From a virus (taxonomy: Duplodnaviria; Caudoviricetes), in the IMG/VR virus record IMGVR_UViG_3300030106_004741, positions 1 to 62,378 of that record: DNA of 62,378 nt, one strand, 5' to 3'. A program made the translations under genes and the position numbers. Of this stretch, positions 38,479 to 49,150 are shown piece by piece; the stretch's first letter is position 1, and each line of letters begins with the position of its first letter. The notes below the pieces were generated by a model. The model was not told the origin of the DNA, made no database searches, and worked only from the letters and a program-made list of their open reading frames with translations.

Positions 38479-40437
38479 ATGACTTATTATAAATACGCCG
38501 AGAGGAGTGCTGAGAGTTACATAAATTGGGCAGAAGTCGGAAAGAACATGTCCGACATGTTGCGTGAAGAAAGACGAGTTAGAGAAGAGAAAATCGCTGC
38601 CATTGATGAACAAACTAGACAGGCAGGAGAAACATTAGCCAATGCACCCCAAGGTGAACATGCAGGATATAATGATTGGGTAATGGGGTATTCTGTAGAT
38701 GCACAGAAAGCATTACTTATGCAAGACAGATTACTTAAGTCAGGACAATTATCTTTAAGAGATTACACACTACAACGACAAAATATATTAGATGGAACAG
38801 AAGAAGTGTTTGGTATAATGAAAAGTTGGAATGAAGATTACGAAGAAAGAATGAATCAAATGCAAGACGGCACGGCAGCCGAACAACAAAATTGGCAGAT
38901 GATGGAGTTAGAGTCTTTTGGTAATTTCAACTCTCATGGTTTATATATAAACCCTACCAACTTTAGTGTGTCTTTAGGAAAAAAACAAGTAAAAGACCCC
39001 TCTAAACCATATCACCCAACTGACAATCCTTATGTCGCAGGTTTAAGTCAAAACCCTAATGATTTTTCTACTGTTCAGGGATTAAAAAATAGACTCAACC
39101 AAACTATTGAAAGAGTAGATTTGGGGAAAAATTTAGCAGGTGAGGTAGAGAATTTTGCAGACGTATATAAAGAGGTGATTTGGGATAAAAGGAAAAACAT
39201 CAAAACAGAGGATAGTATAGAAAGAATGAATGAGTGGGACAATATAAAGAGAGATGTGGTAAACGCACAACTTGTAAATCCTACAGCAGTAGGAAGTATT
39301 TTAACTGATACGGCAGGAGTTAATCCTGATAGTATAACAGAAGAAAATCCTAGTGGTACATCATGGGGTTTTACTAGAGACCCTGAGGCGGCGGCTAATG
39401 ATGCTAACCTTATTTTATTAGTACCAGACCCCAACCAACCCAACAGTGGTATGTTAGTTCCTGATTTTAGTACCGAAAATGGTCAAAGGCAAATGGAAAT
39501 TGCTTATGAGGTAGTGGCGAATAAGTTCGAATCTCAATTAGAAAAAACTCAAGAACCAATGTCACAGTTTGCACCACAACAACAACGTCCTCCAACAAAT
39601 GCTCAACTTAATAAAAAGAAAGATGATAGAGCAACTTTAGGTCACATGACTAATGTTAGTAATTTAATGTCAGGAAATAAAGCAGCATTTGAGTCTACAT
39701 CCACCGATGTGGTTAAAACATTTGAGAATGTAGAAAAAGGAGTATGGCGTCCTGTTAATTTCACAAGAGAGAATGGTGTAATTACTGTAACCTTAGGTGA
39801 TGGTAGAGGAAATGAAAAACAAGAGGTATTTGACCAAAACGCAGAAGGTGTAACAGAAGAAAATATAGGACAAGAGTTATGGCAATTTGTTGTACCTAAT
39901 GATGCTAATATCTCTTACCAAGAAGGTTTAACAGTTTGGAATGAGTCTGAAGGAGGAGGTTTTGTGCCAAGAATGATAGAAGACACCAACAACCCTGGAC
40001 AAATGATACCTAACCCCGCTTGGAAAGGTGAGGAGAGTGGAAGTTATCAAGCCCCATTTGTTGCAGTTAACAATAAAAATGCAGATATAAATCAAGTATA
40101 TGTTATGCAAGATGGAGAAACTATTACACTAGCTCAACAACTTAATGCGGTAGATTATAGTAATGAGGGGCAAATTCAAGATGCGGTTAAAAACTCATTA
40201 AGCAATATGTTAAAAGATATAAACCCAAGTATAAAAACTAAATTTATTGACAACACTTGGCCTAGTAAAAATGAACTAGAAGTTACAGTAGATGGAAAAT
40301 TATATAAAATAAAAGGTGGCAGAACTAGTTTTGATAAAACCAAAATACAAAATTTAATAGAAAAAATTGCAAGAGAAAATATTGACAAGTGGAACAACTC
40401 TGAAGGGGGTAGAAACAATACTAATGCAGCACCGTAG
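38479..40437 (+). CDS. Internal virion/ejection protein (medium)
   Basis: 652 aa, helical; position in a three-gene ejection set. Confidence 0.65.
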   Translation: MTYYKYAERSAESYINWAEVGKNMSDMLREERRVREEKIAAIDEQTRQAGETLANAPQGEHAGYNDWVMGYSVDAQKALLMQDRLLKSGQLSLRDYTLQRQNILDGTEEVFGIMKSWNEDYEERMNQMQDGTAAEQQNWQMMELESFGNFNSHGLYINPTNFSVSLGKKQVKDPSKPYHPTDNPYVAGLSQNPNDFSTVQGLKNRLNQTIERVDLGKNLAGEVENFADVYKEVIWDKRKNIKTEDSIERMNEWDNIKRDVVNAQLVNPTAVGSILTDTAGVNPDSITEENPSGTSWGFTRDPEAAANDANLILLVPDPNQPNSGMLVPDFSTENGQRQMEIAYEVVANKFESQLEKTQEPMSQFAPQQQRPPTNAQLNKKKDDRATLGHMTNVSNLMSGNKAAFESTSTDVVKTFENVEKGVWRPVNFTRENGVITVTLGDGRGNEKQEVFDQNAEGVTEENIGQELWQFVVPNDANISYQEGLTVWNESEGGGFVPRMIEDTNNPGQMIPNPAWKGEESGSYQAPFVAVNNKNADINQVYVMQDGETITLAQQLNAVDYSNEGQIQDAVKNSLSNMLKDINPSIKTKFIDNTWPSKNELEVTVDGKLYKIKGGRTSFDKTKIQNLIEKIARENIDKWNNSEGGRNNTNAAP

Positions 40438-40439
40438 AT

Positions 40440-43400
40440 ATGGATTATTTAAGTCAATTATATGAATGGATATCATCCAAAGATGATAGTTATCAAGCAA
40501 GGTATTCATTTGAAGAGTTTTCTGATAAAATGCAAGACCCCGCCTATGCAGCTGAAATGCATGAGTGGATAAGTGGTATAGATAAAAGTTTTGCTAGTAG
40601 ACGCCCTTTAGATGATTTTATAGAAACCGTAAAAAAAAAAGACGATACAAAACTTTCTCTTTCTACTTCAGAGGGGATGCAGTCGGCATTAGATTCAAAA
40701 GATGGTTCTTCGGATTCCTCCGTCAAAAAAACAACCCTAGACCCTCAAAAAGAAATTGATTTTCAAGAGTGGTGGAACACCAACCCTGAAGTTTTAACAT
40801 GGAAAGATTCTTACACTAAAAGAACGGGCAACCCTCCTGATGTAGAGTCTAATGAAGAAGATTACCGACTCGCTTTTCAAAAGGGTGTTGTTCCTCAGTT
40901 AAATGAAGAGAGTGGGCAACCCGAGTGGGGAGATTATGGATTTAATCCCCAATTAAATGAAACAGTAACAGAAACAGAAACGGTTTCTCCTGCGGTAGAT
41001 GATGCTAATAATCAAGACGGGGAAGAAAAAGATTTTTTCGAAACATCTCTAGATGTAATTAATCAAGACCTTATTGGAACACGAGAAGAAAATGTGGTTG
41101 CAGAAATGAATTATCATTTTAAAGATTACGGTTTTGATTTTGAGGAAATAAGTATTGGCGATGCCATGAAGGTTAAAGCTAAAAATGGTAAGGAAATAAC
41201 AATAGACTTAGACCCCGACTTAAGCATATTAGGGGTATCGTTAATTGGAAGGGGTAAGAAAAAAACTAAAGAGTCTGAAAAATTACGTCAGTTTTTAAGA
41301 GATAATAGAGAAGAGTCAGAGTTTCTTACTAATACTGAACGAGGATATAAGTTAAATGAGCAGAAGTTTAGAAACGAACAAGATATTAAATTAAGAACCT
41401 CGTTATTTAATGAAGAGTCAAACGCCTTTAAAGATGAGGTTCAATCATTTGTTAAAGATAGAAATGACTTTGAACGCAAACGACAACAAATGTTAACATG
41501 GAATCAATCTAAAATTAATGAAAACAGAGAGGAGTGGGATTTATATCAGGAAGAATCTAAAGCTATTGAAAATAGACGCTTGAAATTAGTGCAACAAGAA
41601 AAAAACTTTAGAAAAAGGGGAGGAGAGTTAGATAAACTTGTGGGAGAATGGACGGAAATGGAAGCTGAAAAGGGTAGTTGGTTAGGTGGTTTATATAATG
41701 CTTTTTTAGATGGTTCAGCTCGTATTTCTGCCAACACAATGAATATAATGGCAGACATTGGTATTGCTATTGGTGGGGGTAAAGATGTTACGGATGAGAT
41801 GATATCGCTTGCACTTAGAGATGGTAAAATTACTCAAGAACAATTAAATGAAATTTATGCCAACAATCCTGAAGAAAAATTTAAACCCAAATATGATAAA
41901 AATGGGAAAATGATTAGAGATGATGGAAGAAGTTATTTAATTGGTGAAGCTACCGAGCGTCACACTATGCTTCATGGACAAAACCAACTTGATGATAAAC
42001 GAACAGAAAAAATCAATAAAGAAATTAGAGATTTATTAACCACCAACGATATTCAAAACTACACAAGTCAAATCAGAGACCTACAGAAAAAAAGTCTTAA
42101 ATATGATAATGTAGAAAGGATTCCCGTGCTAGATGCTGACGGTAAACCTATGAAAGTAAAGTATCCTGACGGAGAAAGAACAATGTATGTGTCGCAAGTA
42201 AAAGATGAACGTAATCCTTTTTCTTTAGCAGTAACCGCCCAAAACCAAGATATGAGTATGGGTATGGTAGATGCCACACGAAAAGGGTTAAGGTGGGCTG
42301 TAGGAGATTCAGAAACCACAGGAGAATGGACAGATTTAAAGAAAGAAGGTTTTTGGGGTGGTGCATTATTAGGATTAATGGAATCTGTTCCCGCCATGTT
42401 GGGAGGTAATAATGCTGCGGGGTGGGCTCAAAGAACTGCCCAAATGTATTCGCAAGTGTCGGACCATGTTATGGAAGAGATGCAAAATGACCCTGACTTC
42501 GCTAATATCAGTGAGAATGAAAAGTATGCCGTAACTGTACCTTTAGGTATAGTGGTGGGGGGACTAGAAGCTATTGGATTAAGAAACGTAATGAAGCAAA
42601 GTGGTTTGGTAAACAAAATTGTTTTAAGAGTAATGAATAAATCTCCTAAAGGGGCAACGCCTAAAACCTTTCAGGAACTTGTTACTAAAGAAATAGACAG
42701 CATGGTGGCGAGAGGTGTTATAACGGTAGGGGCAGCGGGTATGGCGGAATTTGAAACAGGGTTTTTACAAGAAGGTGCAGATATAGCTATTAAAGAAATT
42801 TATAATTCTGTTAAAGAAAAAGACATGTTTGATACCCCTGAAACATTTGGAGAGGTAGTTGGACAAATGTTATATGCGGGAGGTCAAGAAATGGTAGGAG
42901 GTTTAATTTTAGGTGTTCCTGGGGGAATAGGTAATGCCTTAACTACTTATGATTTTTCTAAACTAGATGAATCACAATGGAAAATTTTTGAAGAAATAAA
43001 TAAGTCAGAAAAAAGTCAATCAGATTATTTTACTTTTTTTGTCCAAGATATTAAACAAAAAATTTTAAAGGGTGAGCTTACTAAAAAAGAAGGAGATAAA
43101 ATACTTAATGATTTTAATAAGGTATCAGGAGTATATTCCCAACTCCCCCAAGATGTTACTTCAGAACAAAAGAAACAGTTATTAGGGTTACTCTTAAGAA
43201 AACAAGACCTACAAGAACAGATAGCTAATAAAGATAAAACATTAGTAAAAAAAGAATTAGCAGAAATAGAAAGTATAAATAGTAGAATGGAAAATATTTT
43301 ACAAACAGATACTACCACTGAAACAAAAACAGATACCGCTCCCACGGAACAGCAGGTTGACACTACCCTAGACCCTGCCACACAACAAGAAACACAAACC

Positions 43401-46400
43401 GAAACAGAAACACAACAAGAACCTTTAACCCAAGAACAAAAAGATGTAGACGCGTTTTTTGGTGAAGAGGTTTCAGATAATCAAGTTAATGTAAATGAAA
43501 AAATTGTTATTAACCAAGGTGCTCCCGTAGAAGGAAGTCCTCAGTCTACTGATTTAAACACCTTTAAGCAAACCTTAAACAATGTTCAGAAAAGTGTAGT
43601 TAATTTGGCAGAAAAAGGTTTAAGTGCTATTTCTACTATTGCCCCCAATATCAAAATGGTAGTTCACACTACTCAAGATGCGTATGGTCAAAACGTAAGT
43701 GATGCTATGTCTAGAGGTGAATATAATCCTGAAACAGGTGTTATTCATATCAATTTGTCTAAAGCTAATTTAACTACCGTTCCCCATGAAATTTTTCATG
43801 CAGTGGTTGTGACCAAAACTCAAACGGACGCAGAGGCATCTGCCCTCACCAAAGCAATGATGAATGCAGTACGAAAGACTATTACTACGGGGCAAAAAAG
43901 TTTATTAGACAAAATTGAAGCCCATGCTTCAAAATATGAATCTGATTTAGTTAATGAAGAACAATTAGCAGAGTTAATGGGTATACTTGCAAGTGAATTT
44001 AAAACATTAAGTAAACCTCAAAAATCTGCAGTTATGTCTTGGATAAAAAATCTAGGACAAAAACTAGGTTTTAAAATGGATTTTATTAATCAATTAACTA
44101 AAAATGAAGAAGCTGTTATAGATTTATTAAATACCATGGCAAAGAAAATAAGTTCAGGAGAAGTTATTAGTGATGCCGATGTAGAAGGTTTAGGGGGAGG
44201 AAGGGTGAGAGAAACTGAAGATAAAAAAACACAAGAAAAAAGACAACCAAAACAGCAAAAAGCTCCAAAGGATTTAACCTTTGAAGAATATATAAAAAGA
44301 AACACTCGACAACAAAAAGAAGAAGTGGCTGCCGAAAAGTTTAACCTAGACGAACTAGAGGTGATTTCTAAGGGGGGTTCAGTAAGAATAGTATATCAAC
44401 ACCCTACTGACCCCAATAAAGTTATTAAAGTGGCTACAAGCCCACGAGGACTAGAACAAAATGCAAGTGTAGGGTTTGGAGATTTTAATATATTGGATGG
44501 AAGAATAGCTGAACTCTTCGAAAAGGGATTAGATTATATAGTGGTAGAAAAAGTTTCACGAAATGATAAAGTTGTAAATAAGTATTTAAAAGGATTAAAG
44601 TCGGCATATCAAGAGAATGGGGTAGACAGGTTTGGTAATGTTGCTCCTATAGTGCAAGAAATAATGCAAGATAAAGGGTTAATAGACTTTTTAAATTATA
44701 ATCTTTTATGGGGTGATTTTCTTGCTACTAGAAATTGGGGGGTGAGAACAGATGGTGAAGTAGTATTAGTAGATGAAGGAGCTTTAAATGATAAAGTATT
44801 TTATCGTTCTAAAATAGAAGAGTGGGCTCAAAAAGAATGGCAACAGGTAAAAGATAGAAAAAGAAAAACAAGACAACAACAACTTAACTTGTTTGACCAA
44901 CAAAACGAACAAACTCCTGATGCAGAATTTAACCCATCTAATTTCTATGAACAAAAAATAAAAGAATACAAAGGCGATACATATCGTGCCGCCTTAGCCA
45001 CGCAAGCAGAAGTAGACAGAAGAGAACAGGGTAGAAAGAAAGTAGAACAACCTCGTAGACCTAAACAAAAAACAATCCAAGAGGTTTTAACCTACTTTAA
45101 CATGAGCCCGAGTGGTTTTATAAATAAACAAAACACAGTAGAATATGTGCAAAGGTTTTTACCCGAAGGATATAAAGCTGTTCGTTCTAAAACCACTTAT
45201 GATGGTTACGGAGGAGGAATTTTTGTGGTAAATAGAAATGGAAGAAGGGTTAAGCCCACACAAAGAAAAACTAGATATCAAAAAGATATGGTTGTTCCTA
45301 ACTCTGGTGGTAAAACTATATTAGATTATTTTGTAGAAGGATTAGAAAACAATTTTAGTAGAAGTGCTATTGTAGATTATCTTACAAGAAGAAAGGGGGT
45401 TTTAATGAGAGATATAAAAAATGTTCTTAAAATATCTAAATCAGACACCAAGTTGTTAGAGTCTATAAAACTATTACCTAAAAGTTTTGGTGATGTAAAA
45501 GGAGGATTAAAAAGTGGGATTGCTTTGTTTAATAGAGTTATGGCCTATAGGCAAAGACTTATAGATAGAAACAAAGATGGTAGGGTGAAAAGAAAATTGA
45601 GTGAAACAGAGATAAACGAAAAGACGATGGATTTTTTAGAGTCACAACCTGAATACAAAGGTGAGTCGGCTACTTATAAAAAAGGAAAAGATACTAAAAC
45701 AAGAAAAGGTTTATCTAAACTTCAAATGTTAATGCAAGTAGAACTTCAAAAAAACTTTGGTAAACGAACCACGAGAGAAGTGGGGAATAAAATGAGGAGG
45801 TTAAAAATGATGTTAGACGGAATGAGAAGGGGTAGAAGTGATTTAAATAAAATCAAAAGAGAAGTAAGAAACTTTATGAGAATAGCTTTGCCTCCAGGAA
45901 TGTATACTAAACCTGAGGTTTTAAAACTTGTGAGAAAGTTAGAATTAGCTAATGCCAATAACATTGACAATATTATTAAAGAAATAAATGAGATTGCTAT
46001 AAAGAAAAATGTAGACATGCTTTCTAAAGAAGTGACTGACTTGTTGAACGGCAAGTATGAACAAACACTAGGGGGTAGAAAAAGAGGATATAAAGTAGAT
46101 ACTAGAGCTAAAGAAATTTTAAAGAAAATTAAAAAAGCGTTTCAAGGAACGGCAAAATCTACAGCCGTAGAGATTGCAGCAGATAATGCAGCTCTACAAA
46201 CAAGGTATGATGAACTTTCACAAAAACAATCTTTAACTGAACAAGAAATAGATGAAATGGCATCACTTCAAATTATGATTGAATTAAACAATTCAAGATT
46301 AATGTTAGATAATAATGTGCATAAATTAACTTCACTCGGCTCAGTAGTAGAACAACTTGCAGATGTGATTGTTGGGGGGAAACAAAGACTTAACGAGTCA

Positions 46401-48953
46401 ATTAAGGCACAACATAAAGAATATCGTAGTCAATTTGCAGAAGCGTTCTATGATATTACGGGAGTAAAACTTCCTATTGAACAACTTGAATTAGCAGAAG
46501 TCCAATATGAAAACAACCCAACGGAAGAAAATCAAACCAAGTTACAAGAGGCACAGGATATTTATGATGAAACTATTAATAAAAACAAAAGAGAAATTAG
46601 TCAGAAAAATGATGCAAAAAAAGTGGCAGCGAGAGTTAAAAAACTTATGGGTAGTATTTTAAATGGTATAGGAAACATATTTCACTCTCATGAAGCCCTA
46701 GATGGTTTGATGGACAAAATCTCTATGTTGCCTGGGAAAATGTTTGAAGGAAAAATGCAAACCCTTGTTACAGAGAGAGTAGATGCAGCAAGCAGAGAAT
46801 TTAAGGGGAGAAAATTAGAGATAGAAAAATTGTTGCAAGATAAAATGAAAGAAGTGTTTGGGAAGAGATGGAAGAAAATAATGGCAGAAAACCGTCAAGA
46901 AAAACAAACAGGCATATACCTCGACCCTGAAGCAGTGAATCAGGCACAAGTAAAATATGACACCGACCCAACAAAAGAAAACTTAAAGAACTTAAATAAA
47001 GTAAAAGCAAAACAGGAACTTATACTAAGTCAAGAACAAATGTATTATTACTACAACCAATACAAAGACCCTGCAAACCAAGGGACTTTTGAGGTGATGT
47101 ATGGTAAAGACTATAAGAGAGTAATGGAGGAAATGACAAATAAACTTACACCTGAAACAAAAGCATTTGCAGATTTTCAGGTAGATGTATTATTCCCTGC
47201 CTTGTATGAACATTATAATAAAACATACCAAAAAATCTATAGAACAAACATGCCTTATAATGAGTTTTACGCAGGTAAAATGTACAGAGATGTCGAAATG
47301 AAACCTTTAGACTTGTTGGGAGGTGATATAAGTGGAACTTCTGTAGGGGCTTCATCTACTTTAGCGAGGGTGCAAAACACTAATCCAATCCAAAAGATGA
47401 ATGGAACAGATGTGTTGTTAACCTATATTAATGACATGGAGTATTTTTCTGCCTATGCCGTTCCTGTACGAGATATTAATAAACTTTTTAGTAACACCAC
47501 CATTTCTAATAGTATTAAAGATATTCACGGCAAAACCACTAACACCTTAATTCAAGATGCTATTAAAAAAATAGCTAATAAAGGGGTTAGAACCGATATG
47601 ACTAACTTTGCAATCAGTCACATGAACGATGTGTTTATTTTGTCTAGATTAGGTATTAACCCTGTGGTAATGCTTAAACAATTAACCTCGTTTATTACCT
47701 ACGCTAACGACATTGGTTTTATAAACTACGCGAAGTATGGTATGAAGAATATCACTCAAGTAAAACAAACTTGGAAAGAAATTAGAGATAACTCTGTGTA
47801 CATGCAAGACAGAAGAAATAATGGTATCATGAAAGCTATAGAGAGTTATAGTGAAAAAAGTATGCAAGAGTTTGTCCCCACTTGGTTTATGAGTGAATCT
47901 TTAGGGGCTCAAAAAGAATGGCTTACAAACTTCTTAATGTTTACCACCAAGTTTGGTGATAGGACAGCCATTATGGTTGGGGGTATGCCTAATTATTTAT
48001 ACTACAAAGCAGAGTTTAAGAAGAAAAACCCACAAGCAACAGAACAGCAAGCGATAGATTATGCTATTGTAAAGTTTGAGAAAGACACCAAAAGAACTCA
48101 ACAGTCAGGTGATTTACAGGATAAGGATATTATGCAAACAGGAAATCCTGTCGTAAGAGCTCTTAATATGTTTATGACAACACCTAAACAATACTTAAGA
48201 AAAGAAATACAAGGTTTTAGAAATTTAGGTAGAAAGATTGCGGCGATGGACACGAAGGCAGGAAAGGGTACGGTATTGGAAAATTTAAGAACCGTAGGCA
48301 TGTATCATGTGGTAATGCCTGTGTTCTTCCAATGGGTTGCACTTGGTATGCCTGGATTATTGAGGGGGGTTGAAGATGAAGATAAAGAAGACTTGTTACG
48401 AGCAGGGATAATTGGAAACTTAAATGCCTTATTTATTTTAGGAGAAGCGGTTAATATGGCGGGAGATTTCTTTACGGGAAAACCTTATGCAGGAGAAAGT
48501 GCAAAGTCAGTGGGTATTTTAAACATTGCATCAAGACTAACCAAGATGGCAAAAAGAGCCGAGGCAGCCAAAAGTGAAGAAAAGAAAAAAGAATTATGGA
48601 TGAATTTTTATTTAGAACTATCTACGCTATCAGGAATGCCTGTGCCACAAGTTAAAAAATTATGGACTAATTACAGTAAGTTATATGGAGAAAGTGTGCC
48701 TCCTGGAGAAGCAATAATGAGATTATTTAATTACTCTGAATGGCAAATACAAGGTGGGCAACTAAAGAGTGCAGAAAAAGAAGGTGGTATAAAATTAAGA
48801 AAAAAAGAAATGGAGGAGTTTGCACCAGATTTATATGAATTAAAATACGACAATAAACCTGGGGCTGTAATAGAGTTAGAGGAAATGCAAAAAGAATTTG
48901 AAGCAGAGGAGGATATAAGAAGACGAGAGATATTAGAACAAATGTTTGAGTAG
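40440..48953 (+). CDS. Giant polyvalent virion/ejection protein with zincin-like and kinase-like domains
   Basis: 2837 aa; PHEIFH...EEQLAE; KGGSVRIVY...VIKVA...GDFLATRNWG...LVDEG. Confidence 0.8.
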   Translation: MDYLSQLYEWISSKDDSYQARYSFEEFSDKMQDPAYAAEMHEWISGIDKSFASRRPLDDFIETVKKKDDTKLSLSTSEGMQSALDSKDGSSDSSVKKTTLDPQKEIDFQEWWNTNPEVLTWKDSYTKRTGNPPDVESNEEDYRLAFQKGVVPQLNEESGQPEWGDYGFNPQLNETVTETETVSPAVDDANNQDGEEKDFFETSLDVINQDLIGTREENVVAEMNYHFKDYGFDFEEISIGDAMKVKAKNGKEITIDLDPDLSILGVSLIGRGKKKTKESEKLRQFLRDNREESEFLTNTERGYKLNEQKFRNEQDIKLRTSLFNEESNAFKDEVQSFVKDRNDFERKRQQMLTWNQSKINENREEWDLYQEESKAIENRRLKLVQQEKNFRKRGGELDKLVGEWTEMEAEKGSWLGGLYNAFLDGSARISANTMNIMADIGIAIGGGKDVTDEMISLALRDGKITQEQLNEIYANNPEEKFKPKYDKNGKMIRDDGRSYLIGEATERHTMLHGQNQLDDKRTEKINKEIRDLLTTNDIQNYTSQIRDLQKKSLKYDNVERIPVLDADGKPMKVKYPDGERTMYVSQVKDERNPFSLAVTAQNQDMSMGMVDATRKGLRWAVGDSETTGEWTDLKKEGFWGGALLGLMESVPAMLGGNNAAGWAQRTAQMYSQVSDHVMEEMQNDPDFANISENEKYAVTVPLGIVVGGLEAIGLRNVMKQSGLVNKIVLRVMNKSPKGATPKTFQELVTKEIDSMVARGVITVGAAGMAEFETGFLQEGADIAIKEIYNSVKEKDMFDTPETFGEVVGQMLYAGGQEMVGGLILGVPGGIGNALTTYDFSKLDESQWKIFEEINKSEKSQSDYFTFFVQDIKQKILKGELTKKEGDKILNDFNKVSGVYSQLPQDVTSEQKKQLLGLLLRKQDLQEQIANKDKTLVKKELAEIESINSRMENILQTDTTTETKTDTAPTEQQVDTTLDPATQQETQTETETQQEPLTQEQKDVDAFFGEEVSDNQVNVNEKIVINQGAPVEGSPQSTDLNTFKQTLNNVQKSVVNLAEKGLSAISTIAPNIKMVVHTTQDAYGQNVSDAMSRGEYNPETGVIHINLSKANLTTVPHEIFHAVVVTKTQTDAEASALTKAMMNAVRKTITTGQKSLLDKIEAHASKYESDLVNEEQLAELMGILASEFKTLSKPQKSAVMSWIKNLGQKLGFKMDFINQLTKNEEAVIDLLNTMAKKISSGEVISDADVEGLGGGRVRETEDKKTQEKRQPKQQKAPKDLTFEEYIKRNTRQQKEEVAAEKFNLDELEVISKGGSVRIVYQHPTDPNKVIKVATSPRGLEQNASVGFGDFNILDGRIAELFEKGLDYIVVEKVSRNDKVVNKYLKGLKSAYQENGVDRFGNVAPIVQEIMQDKGLIDFLNYNLLWGDFLATRNWGVRTDGEVVLVDEGALNDKVFYRSKIEEWAQKEWQQVKDRKRKTRQQQLNLFDQQNEQTPDAEFNPSNFYEQKIKEYKGDTYRAALATQAEVDRREQGRKKVEQPRRPKQKTIQEVLTYFNMSPSGFINKQNTVEYVQRFLPEGYKAVRSKTTYDGYGGGIFVVNRNGRRVKPTQRKTRYQKDMVVPNSGGKTILDYFVEGLENNFSRSAIVDYLTRRKGVLMRDIKNVLKISKSDTKLLESIKLLPKSFGDVKGGLKSGIALFNRVMAYRQRLIDRNKDGRVKRKLSETEINEKTMDFLESQPEYKGESATYKKGKDTKTRKGLSKLQMLMQVELQKNFGKRTTREVGNKMRRLKMMLDGMRRGRSDLNKIKREVRNFMRIALPPGMYTKPEVLKLVRKLELANANNIDNIIKEINEIAIKKNVDMLSKEVTDLLNGKYEQTLGGRKRGYKVDTRAKEILKKIKKAFQGTAKSTAVEIAADNAALQTRYDELSQKQSLTEQEIDEMASLQIMIELNNSRLMLDNNVHKLTSLGSVVEQLADVIVGGKQRLNESIKAQHKEYRSQFAEAFYDITGVKLPIEQLELAEVQYENNPTEENQTKLQEAQDIYDETINKNKREISQKNDAKKVAARVKKLMGSILNGIGNIFHSHEALDGLMDKISMLPGKMFEGKMQTLVTERVDAASREFKGRKLEIEKLLQDKMKEVFGKRWKKIMAENRQEKQTGIYLDPEAVNQAQVKYDTDPTKENLKNLNKVKAKQELILSQEQMYYYYNQYKDPANQGTFEVMYGKDYKRVMEEMTNKLTPETKAFADFQVDVLFPALYEHYNKTYQKIYRTNMPYNEFYAGKMYRDVEMKPLDLLGGDISGTSVGASSTLARVQNTNPIQKMNGTDVLLTYINDMEYFSAYAVPVRDINKLFSNTTISNSIKDIHGKTTNTLIQDAIKKIANKGVRTDMTNFAISHMNDVFILSRLGINPVVMLKQLTSFITYANDIGFINYAKYGMKNITQVKQTWKEIRDNSVYMQDRRNNGIMKAIESYSEKSMQEFVPTWFMSESLGAQKEWLTNFLMFTTKFGDRTAIMVGGMPNYLYYKAEFKKKNPQATEQQAIDYAIVKFEKDTKRTQQSGDLQDKDIMQTGNPVVRALNMFMTTPKQYLRKEIQGFRNLGRKIAAMDTKAGKGTVLENLRTVGMYHVVMPVFFQWVALGMPGLLRGVEDEDKEDLLRAGIIGNLNALFILGEAVNMAGDFFTGKPYAGESAKSVGILNIASRLTKMAKRAEAAKSEEKKKELWMNFYLELSTLSGMPVPQVKKLWTNYSKLYGESVPPGEAIMRLFNYSEWQIQGGQLKSAEKEGGIKLRKKEMEEFAPDLYELKYDNKPGAVIELEEMQKEFEAEEDIRRREILEQMFE

Positions 48954-48954
48954 T

Positions 48955-49095
48955 ATGCCTTTTAGAAGTGAATCACAAAAAAAATGGATGTATGCCAATA
49001 AACCAACGATGGCACGCAAGTGGCAACAAGAAACCCCTAAAGGCACGGATTTGCCCCTATATGCATCTAAAAACAAAAAAATCAAAAAAAAATAA
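48955..49095 (+). CDS. Unannotated 46-aa basic peptide MPFRSESQKKWMYANKP...
   Basis: Manual translation; starts 1 nt after the giant gene's stop. Confidence 0.7.
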   Translation: MPFRSESQKKWMYANKPTMARKWQQETPKGTDLPLYASKNKKIKKK

Positions 49096-49102
49096 GCCCA
49101 TA

Positions 49103-49120
49103 AGTGTCTTCTAAGACACT
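49103..49120. promoter_or_regulatory. Palindrome copy 3, AGTGTCTTCTAAGACACT
   Basis: At the convergence point of the two transcriptional halves. Confidence 0.7.
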
Positions 49121-49150
49121 ATCTCGCGGTAGGTAAGGGTATTATATCCC

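Noticed and set aside
40440-48953. Virion RNA polymerase as in crAss-like or N4 phages
   Set aside because: No DxDxD-type polymerase motif in a recognisable context was seen, and late genes carry host-type promoter boxes.
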